Origin: Klebsiella phage Muenster | Sequence record: MT708547.1 | Length of the DNA: 32,000 nt | Strand: one strand, 5' to 3' | The notes under the pieces: model-generated | What the model was told of the DNA's origin: nothing | What the model saw: the letters and a program-made list of their open reading frames with translations, nothing else | The model's database searches: none | Made by a program: the position numbers and the translations under genes | Shown: one piece after another, positions 9,561 to 19,266 of the stretch | How the letters are laid out: each line of letters begins with the position of its first letter | How positions within the stretch are numbered: position 1 is the stretch's first letter

Positions 9561-9580
9561 AAGGCTCCCAGCCTTTTTAT
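9560..9580 (+). terminator. rho-independent terminator
   Basis: AAAGGCT-CCC-AGCCTTT followed by TT, right after the stop codon. Confidence 0.75.
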
Positions 9581-9627
9581 CCCCTAAAATAATTAAAAAC
9601 AATAAAAAAAACTTAAAAGGATGTAAA

Positions 9628-11943
9628 ATGATTAACGTTATTAAACGTGATGGATCAAAAGAACCACTCGACCTTGATAAAATTCACCAGATTTTATTTT
9701 TTGCATGTGAAGGTATTTCTGGTGTGTCTGTGTCCGAAATTGAAATTCGTGCTAAATTGCAATTTCATGAAGGAATTAAAACTTCTGTAATTCATGATAT
9801 CCTAATTAAAAGTTCATCAGAGCTTATTTCTGAAGATACTCCAAATTATCAATACGTAGCTGGTCGTCTTTTGAATTATAGTATTCGTAAAGAAGTTTAT
9901 GGTCAGTATGAACCAATTCCTTACGGAGAATATGTAAATAACATGGTTCAAAAAGGTATATACGATCCTATCATTCTGGAAAAATATAATTCAGCAGAAA
10001 TCGAAGAACTCGGGAAATGCATTAAACACAAACGTGATGATAAATTTACTTTTGTTGCAATGAGTCAATGGCAAGGTAAGTATCTGTGTAAAAACCGTGT
10101 AACTAAAGAAATTTATGAAACACCACAAATGGCTTATATGACTATCGCTGCTACGATTTTCTCTGAATACAGTACTGAAATTCGTTTGTCATATGTTAAG
10201 AAGTTCTATGATGCTATTAGTACTTTTGATATTAGTTTACCAACTCCGATTATGTCCGGTCTTCGCACTAATACACGTCAGTTCTCAAGTTGTGTAGTAC
10301 TGAATGTTGGCGATAGTCTTGATAGTATTGGTTCCAGTAATCATGCAATCCTGCGTTATATTTCACGTAAAGCAGGGCTTGGTGTTAATATGGGACGTAT
10401 TCGTGCAATTGATTCTGCAATTCGTGATGGTGATGCAGTACATACTGGTGTAGTACCATTCTTATCCGCATTAGCAAAAACAGTTAAAAGCTGTTCACAG
10501 GGAGGTGTAAGAGGTGGTGCAGCAACCGTACATTTTCCAATGTGGCATTTGGAATTTGAAAATATTGTAGTACTGAAAAATAATAAAGGAACTGAATTTA
10601 ACCGAGTAAGACAACTGGACTATTGCTTCCAAATCAATAAGACATTATATCAACGATTGATTGATGGAAAAGACATTACATTCTTTAGCCCACATGATGT
10701 TCCTGATCTATATGATGCATTTTGTGCTGATCAAGAAGAATTTGAACGTCTGTATATTAAGTATGAACTCGATGAAACTATTCGTAGGAAAACTATGCCA
10801 GCGATTGAAGCATTTAGTCATCTAATACAAGAGCGTGCAGAAACTGGTCGCATTTATATTCAGAATATTGATAATGCCAATGAGCATGGTTCATTTATTC
10901 CAGAAATTGCACCAATTGAGCAAAGTAATTTGTGTCAGGAAATTGATTTACCATCTGTTCCATTTGAAGATATTAATAATGGTGAAGGTCTTATTAGCCT
11001 ATGTACTTTGAGTGCTATTAACTGGGGTAATTTTGACAAACCCGAAGATATGGAAGAAGCGTGTGATTTGGCTGTCCGTGCCCTGGATGCTATTCTTGAT
11101 TATCAGGATTATCCAGTACTACATGCTGAACGAGCTACAAAGCTCTACAGACCACTTGGTGTTGGTATTATGAGCCTAGCCTATTTCCTGGCTAAACGTG
11201 GCTTAAAATACGATACAAACGCATTGAGCACTATTAACGAATGGTCAGAAGCGTGGTCTTATTATTTGATTAAAGCATCCGTAAACCTTGCAAAAGAAAA
11301 AGGGCATTGTGATGGATTTAAGAATACTAAGTACTCACTGGGTTTATTCCCACATGACACTTATAAATCAGATTCATATATCAATGAAATTGCACCATAT
11401 GAATTAAAACAAGATTGGGATTCCCTACGTGAAGAAATGATGGTGTATGGTATTCGTAATGCTACATTACATGCAAATATGCCAGGAGAAACATCATCAC
11501 AAATCAGTAATAGTACTGCTGGTATTGAAAAGATTCGTTCTCTTGTAACAGTAAAAACTTCTAAAGATGGTGTTCTTAAACAAGTTGTACCTGAAATTTC
11601 AAAATTAAAGAACAAATATGACCTACTATGGGAACAATCTGATAATATTGGTTATCTTCAGGTGTGCGGCGTTATGCAGAAATATATGGATCAAGGTATA
11701 AGTACTAATACGAGTTATAATCCTGAAAAGTTCCAAGATGGAAAAGTGCCAATGTCAGTACTGTTAACAGAACTTCTAATGGCTTATAAACTTAACACAA
11801 AACAACTATACTATCATAACGTGTTGGACAATGCTTCTGAAGTTGATATTGACAAATATATGGAAGAAAAAAATAAATTAACAAAAAATGATATTGTTTT
11901 GCTTGAGCTACCAGAAGATGACTGTGAGAGTTGTAAATTGTAA
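9628..11943 (+). CDS. nrdA: class Ia ribonucleoside-diphosphate reductase alpha subunit
   Basis: 771 aa: ATP-cone-like N-terminus, SSCVVLNVGDSLDSI, NLCQEIDLP, ISLCTLSAINWG, RPLGVGIMSLAY, NATLHANMPGETSSQISNSTAGIE, C-terminal CESC. Confidence 0.97.
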   Translation: MINVIKRDGSKEPLDLDKIHQILFFACEGISGVSVSEIEIRAKLQFHEGIKTSVIHDILIKSSSELISEDTPNYQYVAGRLLNYSIRKEVYGQYEPIPYGEYVNNMVQKGIYDPIILEKYNSAEIEELGKCIKHKRDDKFTFVAMSQWQGKYLCKNRVTKEIYETPQMAYMTIAATIFSEYSTEIRLSYVKKFYDAISTFDISLPTPIMSGLRTNTRQFSSCVVLNVGDSLDSIGSSNHAILRYISRKAGLGVNMGRIRAIDSAIRDGDAVHTGVVPFLSALAKTVKSCSQGGVRGGAATVHFPMWHLEFENIVVLKNNKGTEFNRVRQLDYCFQINKTLYQRLIDGKDITFFSPHDVPDLYDAFCADQEEFERLYIKYELDETIRRKTMPAIEAFSHLIQERAETGRIYIQNIDNANEHGSFIPEIAPIEQSNLCQEIDLPSVPFEDINNGEGLISLCTLSAINWGNFDKPEDMEEACDLAVRALDAILDYQDYPVLHAERATKLYRPLGVGIMSLAYFLAKRGLKYDTNALSTINEWSEAWSYYLIKASVNLAKEKGHCDGFKNTKYSLGLFPHDTYKSDSYINEIAPYELKQDWDSLREEMMVYGIRNATLHANMPGETSSQISNSTAGIEKIRSLVTVKTSKDGVLKQVVPEISKLKNKYDLLWEQSDNIGYLQVCGVMQKYMDQGISTNTSYNPEKFQDGKVPMSVLLTELLMAYKLNTKQLYYHNVLDNASEVDIDKYMEEKNKLTKNDIVLLELPEDDCESCKL

Positions 11944-12041
11944 TATATTAATTACTAAAAATATCACAAATTAATATCAATAGTAAAAAGCTAAACACCA
12001 TATAACGGTTTTTTACTTTCGAATACAAATAATAATATAAT

Positions 12042-12068
12042 AAATCCCACAATTAAGTGGGATTTTTA
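12042..12068 (+). terminator. rho-independent terminator between nrdA and nrdB
   Basis: AAATCCCAC-AATTAA-GTGGGATTT, then TT. Confidence 0.8.
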
Positions 12069-12094
12069 TTCTATAAAACAAAGGAATGTAACAA

Positions 12095-13219
12095 ATGTCA
12101 GTGTTTCAAAAAAATACAAAATCACATTTAGAAAAGAATATGTTTTTTGATGAAGCGGTAGATATCCAACGCTTTGAAACTAACAAGTATTCTACCATTG
12201 AGAAATTAACCGAACAACAAAAAGGATTTTTCTGGAGTCCCGGTGAAGTTGATGTAAATAAAGACAAAATTGATTTTACTAAATTATCTGAAGCGGAAAA
12301 GCATATTTTCACTTCCAACCTCAAACGTCAGATACTACTTGATTCAGTACAGGGTCGTGGTCCAAACACGGTACTTCTACCACTGGCTTCGTTACCGGAA
12401 GTAGAAAATTTTATTGAAACTTGGGCGTTCTTTGAAGGTGCAATTCATAGTAAATCATATACTCATATTATTCGTAACATCTACACCAATCCATCTGAAG
12501 TATTTGATACTATGCTTGATATTCCTGAAATTCTGGATTGTGCCGTTGACGTATCTAAGTACTATGATGATTTAGAAGAATACGGTACTTGGTATCGTAT
12601 GCTTGGTGTTGGCACACATACTATCAATGGTAAAGAACTTGTTATTGACATGTATGAACTGAAAAAGAAACTGTGGTTGTGCTTAAATTCCATTAACGTA
12701 TTGGAGGGTATACGATTTTATGTCTCATTCGCTGCATCCTTTGCATTTGGTGAAAATAAAATCATGGAAGGTAATGCCAAGATCATTAGACTAATTGCGA
12801 GGGATGAGTCTCTCCATTTAGCAGCAACTCAAATGATGCTTCGTTTGTTGAAAAAAGAAGATCCAGACTTTGTTAAAATTTCTGAAGAATGCTATGATGA
12901 AGTCCAGAGTATGTTCTTGGATGCTATTAAGCAAGAAGAAGACTGGGCTGATTATCTATTTAAAGATGGTTCTATTATCGGTCTTAATGCTGAAATACTA
13001 AAACAGTATGTTCGCTGGATTGGATCTAAACGTATGGCAGCAGTTGGAATTAAGTGTCCATATGCTGTAACGAAAAATAGCCCACTCCCATGGATGGAAC
13101 ATTGGATTAGTAGTGCGGGTGTGCAGGTTGCACCACAAGAAACTGAAATTAGTTCCTATGTAATTGGTGGTATAAAAGCCGATATTACAGAAAACACGTT
13201 CAGTACATTTAAACTATAA
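12095..13219 (+). CDS. nrdB: class Ia ribonucleoside-diphosphate reductase beta subunit
   Basis: 374 aa: FWSPGEVDV, FFEGAIHSKSYTHI, VLEGIRFYVSFAASFAFGE, IARDESLHL. Confidence 0.95.
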   Translation: MSVFQKNTKSHLEKNMFFDEAVDIQRFETNKYSTIEKLTEQQKGFFWSPGEVDVNKDKIDFTKLSEAEKHIFTSNLKRQILLDSVQGRGPNTVLLPLASLPEVENFIETWAFFEGAIHSKSYTHIIRNIYTNPSEVFDTMLDIPEILDCAVDVSKYYDDLEEYGTWYRMLGVGTHTINGKELVIDMYELKKKLWLCLNSINVLEGIRFYVSFAASFAFGENKIMEGNAKIIRLIARDESLHLAATQMMLRLLKKEDPDFVKISEECYDEVQSMFLDAIKQEEDWADYLFKDGSIIGLNAEILKQYVRWIGSKRMAAVGIKCPYAVTKNSPLPWMEHWISSAGVQVAPQETEISSYVIGGIKADITENTFSTFKL

Positions 13220-13224
13220 AATAC

Positions 13225-13258
13225 AAAATTCAGTACTGATTAAGTACTGAATTTTTTT
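13225..13258 (+). terminator. rho-independent terminator after nrdB
   Basis: Perfect 13-bp stem AAAATTCAGTACT-GATTA-AGTACTGAATTTT, then TTT. Confidence 0.85.
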
Positions 13259-13272
13259 ATAAGGTATAAATT

Positions 13273-13464
13273 ATGGATGAAATAAATCATATTACAAAAG
13301 ATGTTTTTACTATTGATTACGGGGTTGAATACAAATTCGTAATGCAAGGTGGGTTTGAAATTTTAGGCACCGTTGTTGATGTGTTTGATAACGGGATTGA
13401 GCTATCAGATGGCACTCGACTGGTGCAGGAGCATATTCTTTTATTCAAAGCGATGAAACGATAA
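13273..13464 (+). CDS. hypothetical small protein (63 aa)
   Basis: ORF between terminator and promoter, with ataaggtata upstream. Confidence 0.55.
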   Translation: MDEINHITKDVFTIDYGVEYKFVMQGGFEILGTVVDVFDNGIELSDGTRLVQEHILLFKAMKR

Positions 13465-13469
13465 AATTT

Positions 13470-13499
13470 TTGAACAGACACAAATTCATGTGATATAAT
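13470..13499 (+). promoter_or_regulatory. putative sigma70-type promoter TTGAAC-N18-TATAAT
   Basis: AATTTTTGAACAGACACAAATTCATGTGATATAAT. Confidence 0.75.
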
Positions 13500-13536
13500 A
13501 AACTTGATAAAACACCAACACTAAGGAAACAAACAA

Positions 13537-13779
13537 ATGAACGAACTAAACAAAGAAGCTCTAAATGAAATGGTAGAAAACAACATCGAAGCAGCACAAG
13601 AAGAAATTGGTTATGAATTGTCAGAAGAAGATCTGGCAAAATCTCGTGATATCATTGCTCAACTGACTAAGTACTACAACATCAAAGATCAGAAACAAGA
13701 ACATAACAAAAAGATCAAAGCACAACGCCGAGCTAAAAATAAAGTACAACGTAATTCTCGTCGTATTAACCGAAAATAA
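13537..13779 (+). CDS. small protein with highly basic C-terminus
   Basis: 80 aa ending KKIKAQRRAKNKVQRNSRRINRK. First gene after the promoter at 13470. Confidence 0.6.
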   Translation: MNELNKEALNEMVENNIEAAQEEIGYELSEEDLAKSRDIIAQLTKYYNIKDQKQEHNKKIKAQRRAKNKVQRNSRRINRK

Positions 13780-13794
13780 AAAGAGGTACCCAAG

Positions 13795-14912
<1,118 letters not shown>

Positions 14913-14917
14913 TAAAA

Positions 14918-14940
14918 AAGGAGGACTGTTGTCCTCCTTA
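14918..14940. terminator. bidirectional terminator between convergent genes
   Basis: Perfect 9-bp stem AAGGAGGAC-TGTT-GTCCTCCTT between the + gene stop (14912) and the - gene stop (14938). Minus-strand T tract (AAAAAA on +) on the left side. Confidence 0.75.
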
Positions 14941-15582
14941 TAGTTTATTTAATTCAGTACCAATAAACTGCATTTGATCTTTGATTTTATTGACAAGTAA
15001 TTCAACTTCGAATTTATTACAAGGTTTATCAACTGTAATCATTGTATATCCTACGATTTCATACCCTTTGGTGTCCAAAATAGGAATAGTGATAACAGTA
15101 TCATATGTGACCCTTGTGCTTTTAACATAAGCACATGTGAAGTTTTTCGGATCATAATTTTGACTACATTCGTTGTTTGAAGTATAGATATTTTCAAAAT
15201 GTACTTTGTTTAAAAGTAATTCTTGAAAAGTATTATTTTTCTTGTCAATCAAATACATATAATTACTTATCTTTCTTTCTGGATAACGGTTTTTAAATGC
15301 TATCCCCTCTTGTGATACTATTATTTTTGTATTTTTATCTTTGTTAAATTTATATACAACTATATATTGTACTGAATCATCAAGATTTATAATTTCTTGC
15401 ATATTGGTATCAATCCTGTTGATATGATAACTATATGGAAAAGCATTCTCTTGAATATGCGGAACTATTTGATTAACCAAAAAATCAGTTATTGTATCTT
15501 TATTGTAAATCATTAAAGAGAGTATAGTAACGAAAAACGCTATAATACAAAGCTTTGATAGACCATGTTTTGTGCTGAGCAT
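14938..15582 (-). CDS. T4 gpT-like holin paralogue (possible holin or antiholin)
   Basis: Very short N-terminus, one TM (LCIIAFFVTILSLMIY), then a periplasmic domain: SVQYIVVYKFNKDKNTKIIV... VITIPILDTKGYEIVGYTMITVDK...ELLVNKIKDQMQFIGTEL. Strong minus-strand RBS AAGGAGG upstream. Confidence 0.55.
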   Translation of the reverse strand: MLSTKHGLSKLCIIAFFVTILSLMIYNKDTITDFLVNQIVPHIQENAFPYSYHINRIDTNMQEIINLDDSVQYIVVYKFNKDKNTKIIVSQEGIAFKNRYPERKISNYMYLIDKKNNTFQELLLNKVHFENIYTSNNECSQNYDPKNFTCAYVKSTRVTYDTVITIPILDTKGYEIVGYTMITVDKPCNKFEVELLVNKIKDQMQFIGTELNKL

Positions 15583-15594
15583 AAGTTTACCTCC

Positions 15595-16317
15595 TTAATA
15601 TTCCAAATAATAACCAACATCATTCGCAATATTTTGTGCTATGTTGTTGAATTGCTCAACTTCAGCTTCATCTTTAGGAACTCTTTTGAAATATACAGCA
15701 ATATACCCAGTTATTGTTGCAAATTTAACAGGAGCAGAAACAAGATAAACATTTCCATCATTAACTAATGCAGGATAGTTAATCTGAGATGTATATTCGT
15801 TTCGTGTCTCGTTACTATCTTTCAAATACTCTGTGTATATTTTTTTTATTTCAACATAATATATGTGATTATTCCATAATTTATTAGTTTCTGCAAGAAA
15901 TGAACTTAGTGGCAAGTTATCTAAATGGTAGACACTAATATCGTCTTTATTTGGTGGATTAACCTTATAGGTAACTAAAATACGTCTTTCTGAAAATTGT
16001 GTATTTTCAGGAACATACTTATAAACTAATATCATAGATATATCATTTGGATAAGCATTGATTGCTTTAGTTAGCCCTTTATCAATAGTATCTTTATTTT
16101 CTTTCTTTATAGTATACTTCGTAGAATTTCCTAGTTCTTCATGTTTATTGGGATTGTTTAATGTATTATTGATATATAATGTCCAAGAATCTGCTGTACT
16201 ATATATAATAAAACCAATAACCAAGCAAAAAAACACTGTAATTATTTTAGAAGTCTTCCATTTCGTGATCATATCAAGGAGTTTATTAATATTTTCACTA
16301 TCAAAATTGATATTCAT
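15595..16317 (-). CDS. T4 gpT-like holin (single N-terminal TM, large periplasmic domain)
   Basis: About 24 aa cytoplasmic N-terminus, TM IITVFFCLVIGFIIYST, then YPNDISMILVYKYVPEN...LDNLPLSSFLAETNKLWNNHIYYVE...VKFATITGYIAVYFKR...IAQNIANDVGYYLE. Order and pattern parallel T4 gpT (ADFSAVYSFRPKN...GRHYYS...YAGTITMYWYRN...ICAQAARIL). Confidence 0.65.
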   Translation of the reverse strand: MNINFDSENINKLLDMITKWKTSKIITVFFCLVIGFIIYSTADSWTLYINNTLNNPNKHEELGNSTKYTIKKENKDTIDKGLTKAINAYPNDISMILVYKYVPENTQFSERRILVTYKVNPPNKDDISVYHLDNLPLSSFLAETNKLWNNHIYYVEIKKIYTEYLKDSNETRNEYTSQINYPALVNDGNVYLVSAPVKFATITGYIAVYFKRVPKDEAEVEQFNNIAQNIANDVGYYLEY

Positions 16318-16390
16318 ATCTCAATCCCCATGAGTAGACTATATAGAGTATTTACCCCAAAACTAATTTTACCATGAGATAATTCTTAAT

Positions 16391-16747
16391 ATGATAATTT
16401 TATACTTTCTATGGATTAATATATTATTAGTACTGATAACTTCAGGATTTAGTACTACTGCAATTGTTGTTTATATTTTAAGTTCAGTGTTTATGATTAT
16501 GAGATCATTATCTATAATTTTCAGTACTGAATTAGCAAAAAAGAATAATGATTTTTATGTCTTTTTATCGGAACTTAAAGATGATAATCCAAAATTAACT
16601 AAAAGTAACATCGTGTGTTCCAATTTAATACATTTGATACTAATATTTGTATTTTTGCATAGTTATATTGCATTGGGCTTTGTATTATTTAATGTTATTA
16701 TTAGACTTATCGAATCATATAAAATGGAGAAATTATTTAATGGCTAA
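16391..16747 (+). CDS. hypothetical multi-pass membrane protein (118 aa)
   Basis: Hydrophobic segments IILYFLWINILLVLITSGF, TAIVVYILSSVFMIMRSLSIIF, LIHLILIFVFLHSYIALGFVLF. Overlaps the DHFR start by 8 nt. Confidence 0.6.
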   Translation: MIILYFLWINILLVLITSGFSTTAIVVYILSSVFMIMRSLSIIFSTELAKKNNDFYVFLSELKDDNPKLTKSNIVCSNLIHLILIFVFLHSYIALGFVLFNVIIRLIESYKMEKLFNG

Positions 16748-17264
16748 AATTATTTTATGTACAGATAAAAATTACGGTATAGGATATAAAAATACAATTC
16801 CGTGGCATAGCAGTGAAGATTTTAAACACTTCAAAGAAGAAACTTTGAATAAAACTGTTGTGATGGGATATAATACATGGAAATCCCTACCAAATAAACC
16901 ACTTTCAAAAAGACTTAATATTGTGCTTGTTAATCGTGCATATGAAGATCGTGATATGTATGATCAAACCAACGTCTTATTTCTGGATGAAGATAATTTA
17001 GAAAGTATTATTCGTAATAACCCTGATTGTGTTATTATTGGCGGTGCATCAATTTATAAAATGAGTTTGCCTCATGTAGATGAAATCGTACATAGTATAA
17101 TTCCCAAAGAATTTGTATGTGATTGCTTTTTTGACTTCACTATTGATAAGCGTGTGATTATTGAACGTGAAAGTTGTAAAACACTTGATGATGGTATTAT
17201 GGTGGATTATTATAAATGCAAACCAAATCCAGATTATGATGATTACGTGGATTCATATCAATGA
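16740..17264 (+). CDS. frd: dihydrofolate reductase
   Basis: MAKIILCTDKNYGIGYKNTIPWHSSEDFKHFKEETLNKTVVMGYNTWKSLPNKPLSKRLNIVLVNR...CVIIGGASIY: canonical DHFR motifs. True start is ATG 16740, not 16647. Confidence 0.93.
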   Translation: MAKIILCTDKNYGIGYKNTIPWHSSEDFKHFKEETLNKTVVMGYNTWKSLPNKPLSKRLNIVLVNRAYEDRDMYDQTNVLFLDEDNLESIIRNNPDCVIIGGASIYKMSLPHVDEIVHSIIPKEFVCDCFFDFTIDKRVIIERESCKTLDDGIMVDYYKCKPNPDYDDYVDSYQ

Positions 17265-17845
17265 AGATAAAGGATATGGAAGTTCATTTATGTGAGCGTG
17301 GTGAAATTTCTTCATTCATTGAAGAACATCATTATTCTAAAAATATTAATGGTTGTATAACTGATTATTGTTTCAAATTAACATATAATAATGAAATAAT
17401 TGGTGCTATGTTTTATGGAAAAATGGCTATGGCTAACCAATACAAAAGATTTGTTGATAGAGAAGAAGATTGTATTGAGTTGCGTAGATTATGCTGTATT
17501 GATGATACACCAAAAAACACTGAAAGTTTTTTTATTGGTAAAACACTAAAATGGCTTAAAAAGAACACGCAAATAAAGGTGGTTGTTAGTTATGCAGATC
17601 AAGAATATGGTCATAGTGGTATAATTTATAAAGCATCTAATTTTGAATATAATGGATTTAAAAAAGGTGCTAAAGTTATAATCCACAATGGCAAACAATA
17701 TCATGATAAAGCTATTAGAACTAAGTATAAAGGGAAGTTAAAACCATTTGCACAAAGATTAAAAGATGCATTAGACAGTGGTGATGCTTATTATAAACAA
17801 ACTGCTGGAAAACATACTTACACTTACAAGTTAAGGAAAACTTAG
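17261..17845 (+). CDS. Mom-like acyltransferase/DNA-modification protein (GNAT fold)
   Basis: HHYSKNINGCITDYCFKL, IIGAMFYGK, ELRRLCCIDDTPKNTESFFIGKTLKWLKKNTQIKVVVSYADQEYGHSGIIYKASNFEYNG, YHDKAIRTKYKG. These are hallmarks of the Mu Mom-like family. Confidence 0.75.
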   Translation: MKIKDMEVHLCERGEISSFIEEHHYSKNINGCITDYCFKLTYNNEIIGAMFYGKMAMANQYKRFVDREEDCIELRRLCCIDDTPKNTESFFIGKTLKWLKKNTQIKVVVSYADQEYGHSGIIYKASNFEYNGFKKGAKVIIHNGKQYHDKAIRTKYKGKLKPFAQRLKDALDSGDAYYKQTAGKHTYTYKLRKT

Positions 17846-17868
17846 TATCATATACTCAAGGAAGAATA

Positions 17869-19227
17869 ATGTCAATAAAAAAAGAAACTACAAAATTAAA
17901 ACCCACCGCAGATCAGAAAGTTATACTTGATGATTTTTTGGATAGAGTTGATAATTATCCAGGTAGGACTGAAGCTGTTCTTTCTGCACCTGCTGGTACT
18001 GGTAAAACGTTCACCACTGCTGAAATTATTAAATTACTTTATAAAGATTATAATATTGCGGTAACTTCTCCTACACACAAAGCAAATTCCGTAATTCAAA
18101 ATATGCTTATCAACCAAGCAGGGATTACAAAAGAAGATGCAAAGGTAAGTACTATTCATTCTTTTCTTGGGCTTAAATTGGTACAGGAAAAAAATCATCA
18201 AGTACTGAAGCACGATCCACATAGTAAATTATCAACAACCAACGTTGATGTTCTTATCGTGGACGAATGTTCTATGATTTCAGAAGAATTATATTTCCAT
18301 ATACAGAATCAATTACATCGTGTACGAAGGGCAGTGTTATACATTGGCGATAAATGTCAGTTACCACCAGTAGAAGCTGAAGTTATTGGTAAAGAAAAAT
18401 TATCCCCAACCTTTGATGTTTCAGTACAGTATACATTAACTGAAGTACTACGTCAGGCAATGGACAATCCAGTACTATCAGTCGCTACTGCTATCAGAGA
18501 ATGCATCGGTACCAATAAAGATCCAATGCATATTATGGTCAATAACACAAAAGGCCATGATACTATCACACCCATTGATGATGAAGATTTATTTCTGAAT
18601 GTATATAAGGATTTTATTATTGAAAACAAAGGTAATAGTAATAAAATTTTTGATTTCGTGAATGAAAATAAAATCCTTGCATATACGAATATGAGAGTTA
18701 ATATTGCAAACATGTATATCAGAAATCAATTATATGATGTACTTGATGAATTTGTAAAAGGGGAACCTATTGTATTTGAGAGTATTACCGAAAATAGTCC
18801 ATATTCTGTTCAACAAATTATTCAGTGTCCAAGAGTGAGAAAAGAATCATTTATGGGTATTGATTGTTGGCAGTTTCAGTTACTTAATGGTAGTTTCATT
18901 TACGGTGTTGGTCCTTCATCACGTGCGGCAATGGAAGATCATTTACAGGATATGGTAAGAAAGATTGAAAAGAAAGTTTTTAATCCATTGACAAAACGAC
19001 CATATGTATGGCAGGATTATTATATCATTCGCAATAAAATGCATATCATTAATTACCCATACGCAACAACTGTCCACAAATCACAGGGTAGTACATTCGA
19101 TAATATTTGGTTTGATACTGATTTCATTGAGAGAATCCCAAACAATGATATGAAATGTCGAATTCTTTATACTGCAATGACACGTCCCAGATATAGTGTA
19201 ATGTTAAGACAGAATGATTACTATTAA
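17869..19227 (+). CDS. dda: Dda-like SF1 helicase
   Basis: SAPAGTGKTFTTAEII (Walker A), SPTHKA, STIHSFLGLKL, DVLIVDECSMIS, LYIGDKCQLPPVE, LTEVLRQ, TVHKSQGSTFDNIW, TAMTRPR. Confidence 0.93.
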   Translation: MSIKKETTKLKPTADQKVILDDFLDRVDNYPGRTEAVLSAPAGTGKTFTTAEIIKLLYKDYNIAVTSPTHKANSVIQNMLINQAGITKEDAKVSTIHSFLGLKLVQEKNHQVLKHDPHSKLSTTNVDVLIVDECSMISEELYFHIQNQLHRVRRAVLYIGDKCQLPPVEAEVIGKEKLSPTFDVSVQYTLTEVLRQAMDNPVLSVATAIRECIGTNKDPMHIMVNNTKGHDTITPIDDEDLFLNVYKDFIIENKGNSNKIFDFVNENKILAYTNMRVNIANMYIRNQLYDVLDEFVKGEPIVFESITENSPYSVQQIIQCPRVRKESFMGIDCWQFQLLNGSFIYGVGPSSRAAMEDHLQDMVRKIEKKVFNPLTKRPYVWQDYYIIRNKMHIINYPYATTVHKSQGSTFDNIWFDTDFIERIPNNDMKCRILYTAMTRPRYSVMLRQNDYY

Positions 19228-19266
19228 AATAAATAACAAAAAGAACTCTATGTTTTGGAGAACAAA

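Noticed and set aside
11361-11615. Minus-strand ORF inside nrdA (and similar antisense ORFs at 334, 383, 1272, 2866, 6548, 6911, 7492, 8554, 8642, 12106, 14399, 18034, 18453, 21298, 22091, 23986, 25273, 28292, 29037, 31208)
   Set aside because: Spurious shadows of confidently coding plus-strand frames, with low-complexity composition and no supporting context.
15565-16333. Plus-strand ORFs 15565..15768 and 16058..16333
   Set aside because: They are antisense to the two minus-strand holin-like genes, which have an RBS, TM pattern and convergent terminator support.
16647-16739. Upstream extension of the DHFR ORF (MYFCIVILHWALYYLMLLL...)
   Set aside because: It is the alternate frame of the membrane-protein gene. 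The canonical DHFR N-terminus begins at ATG 16740.
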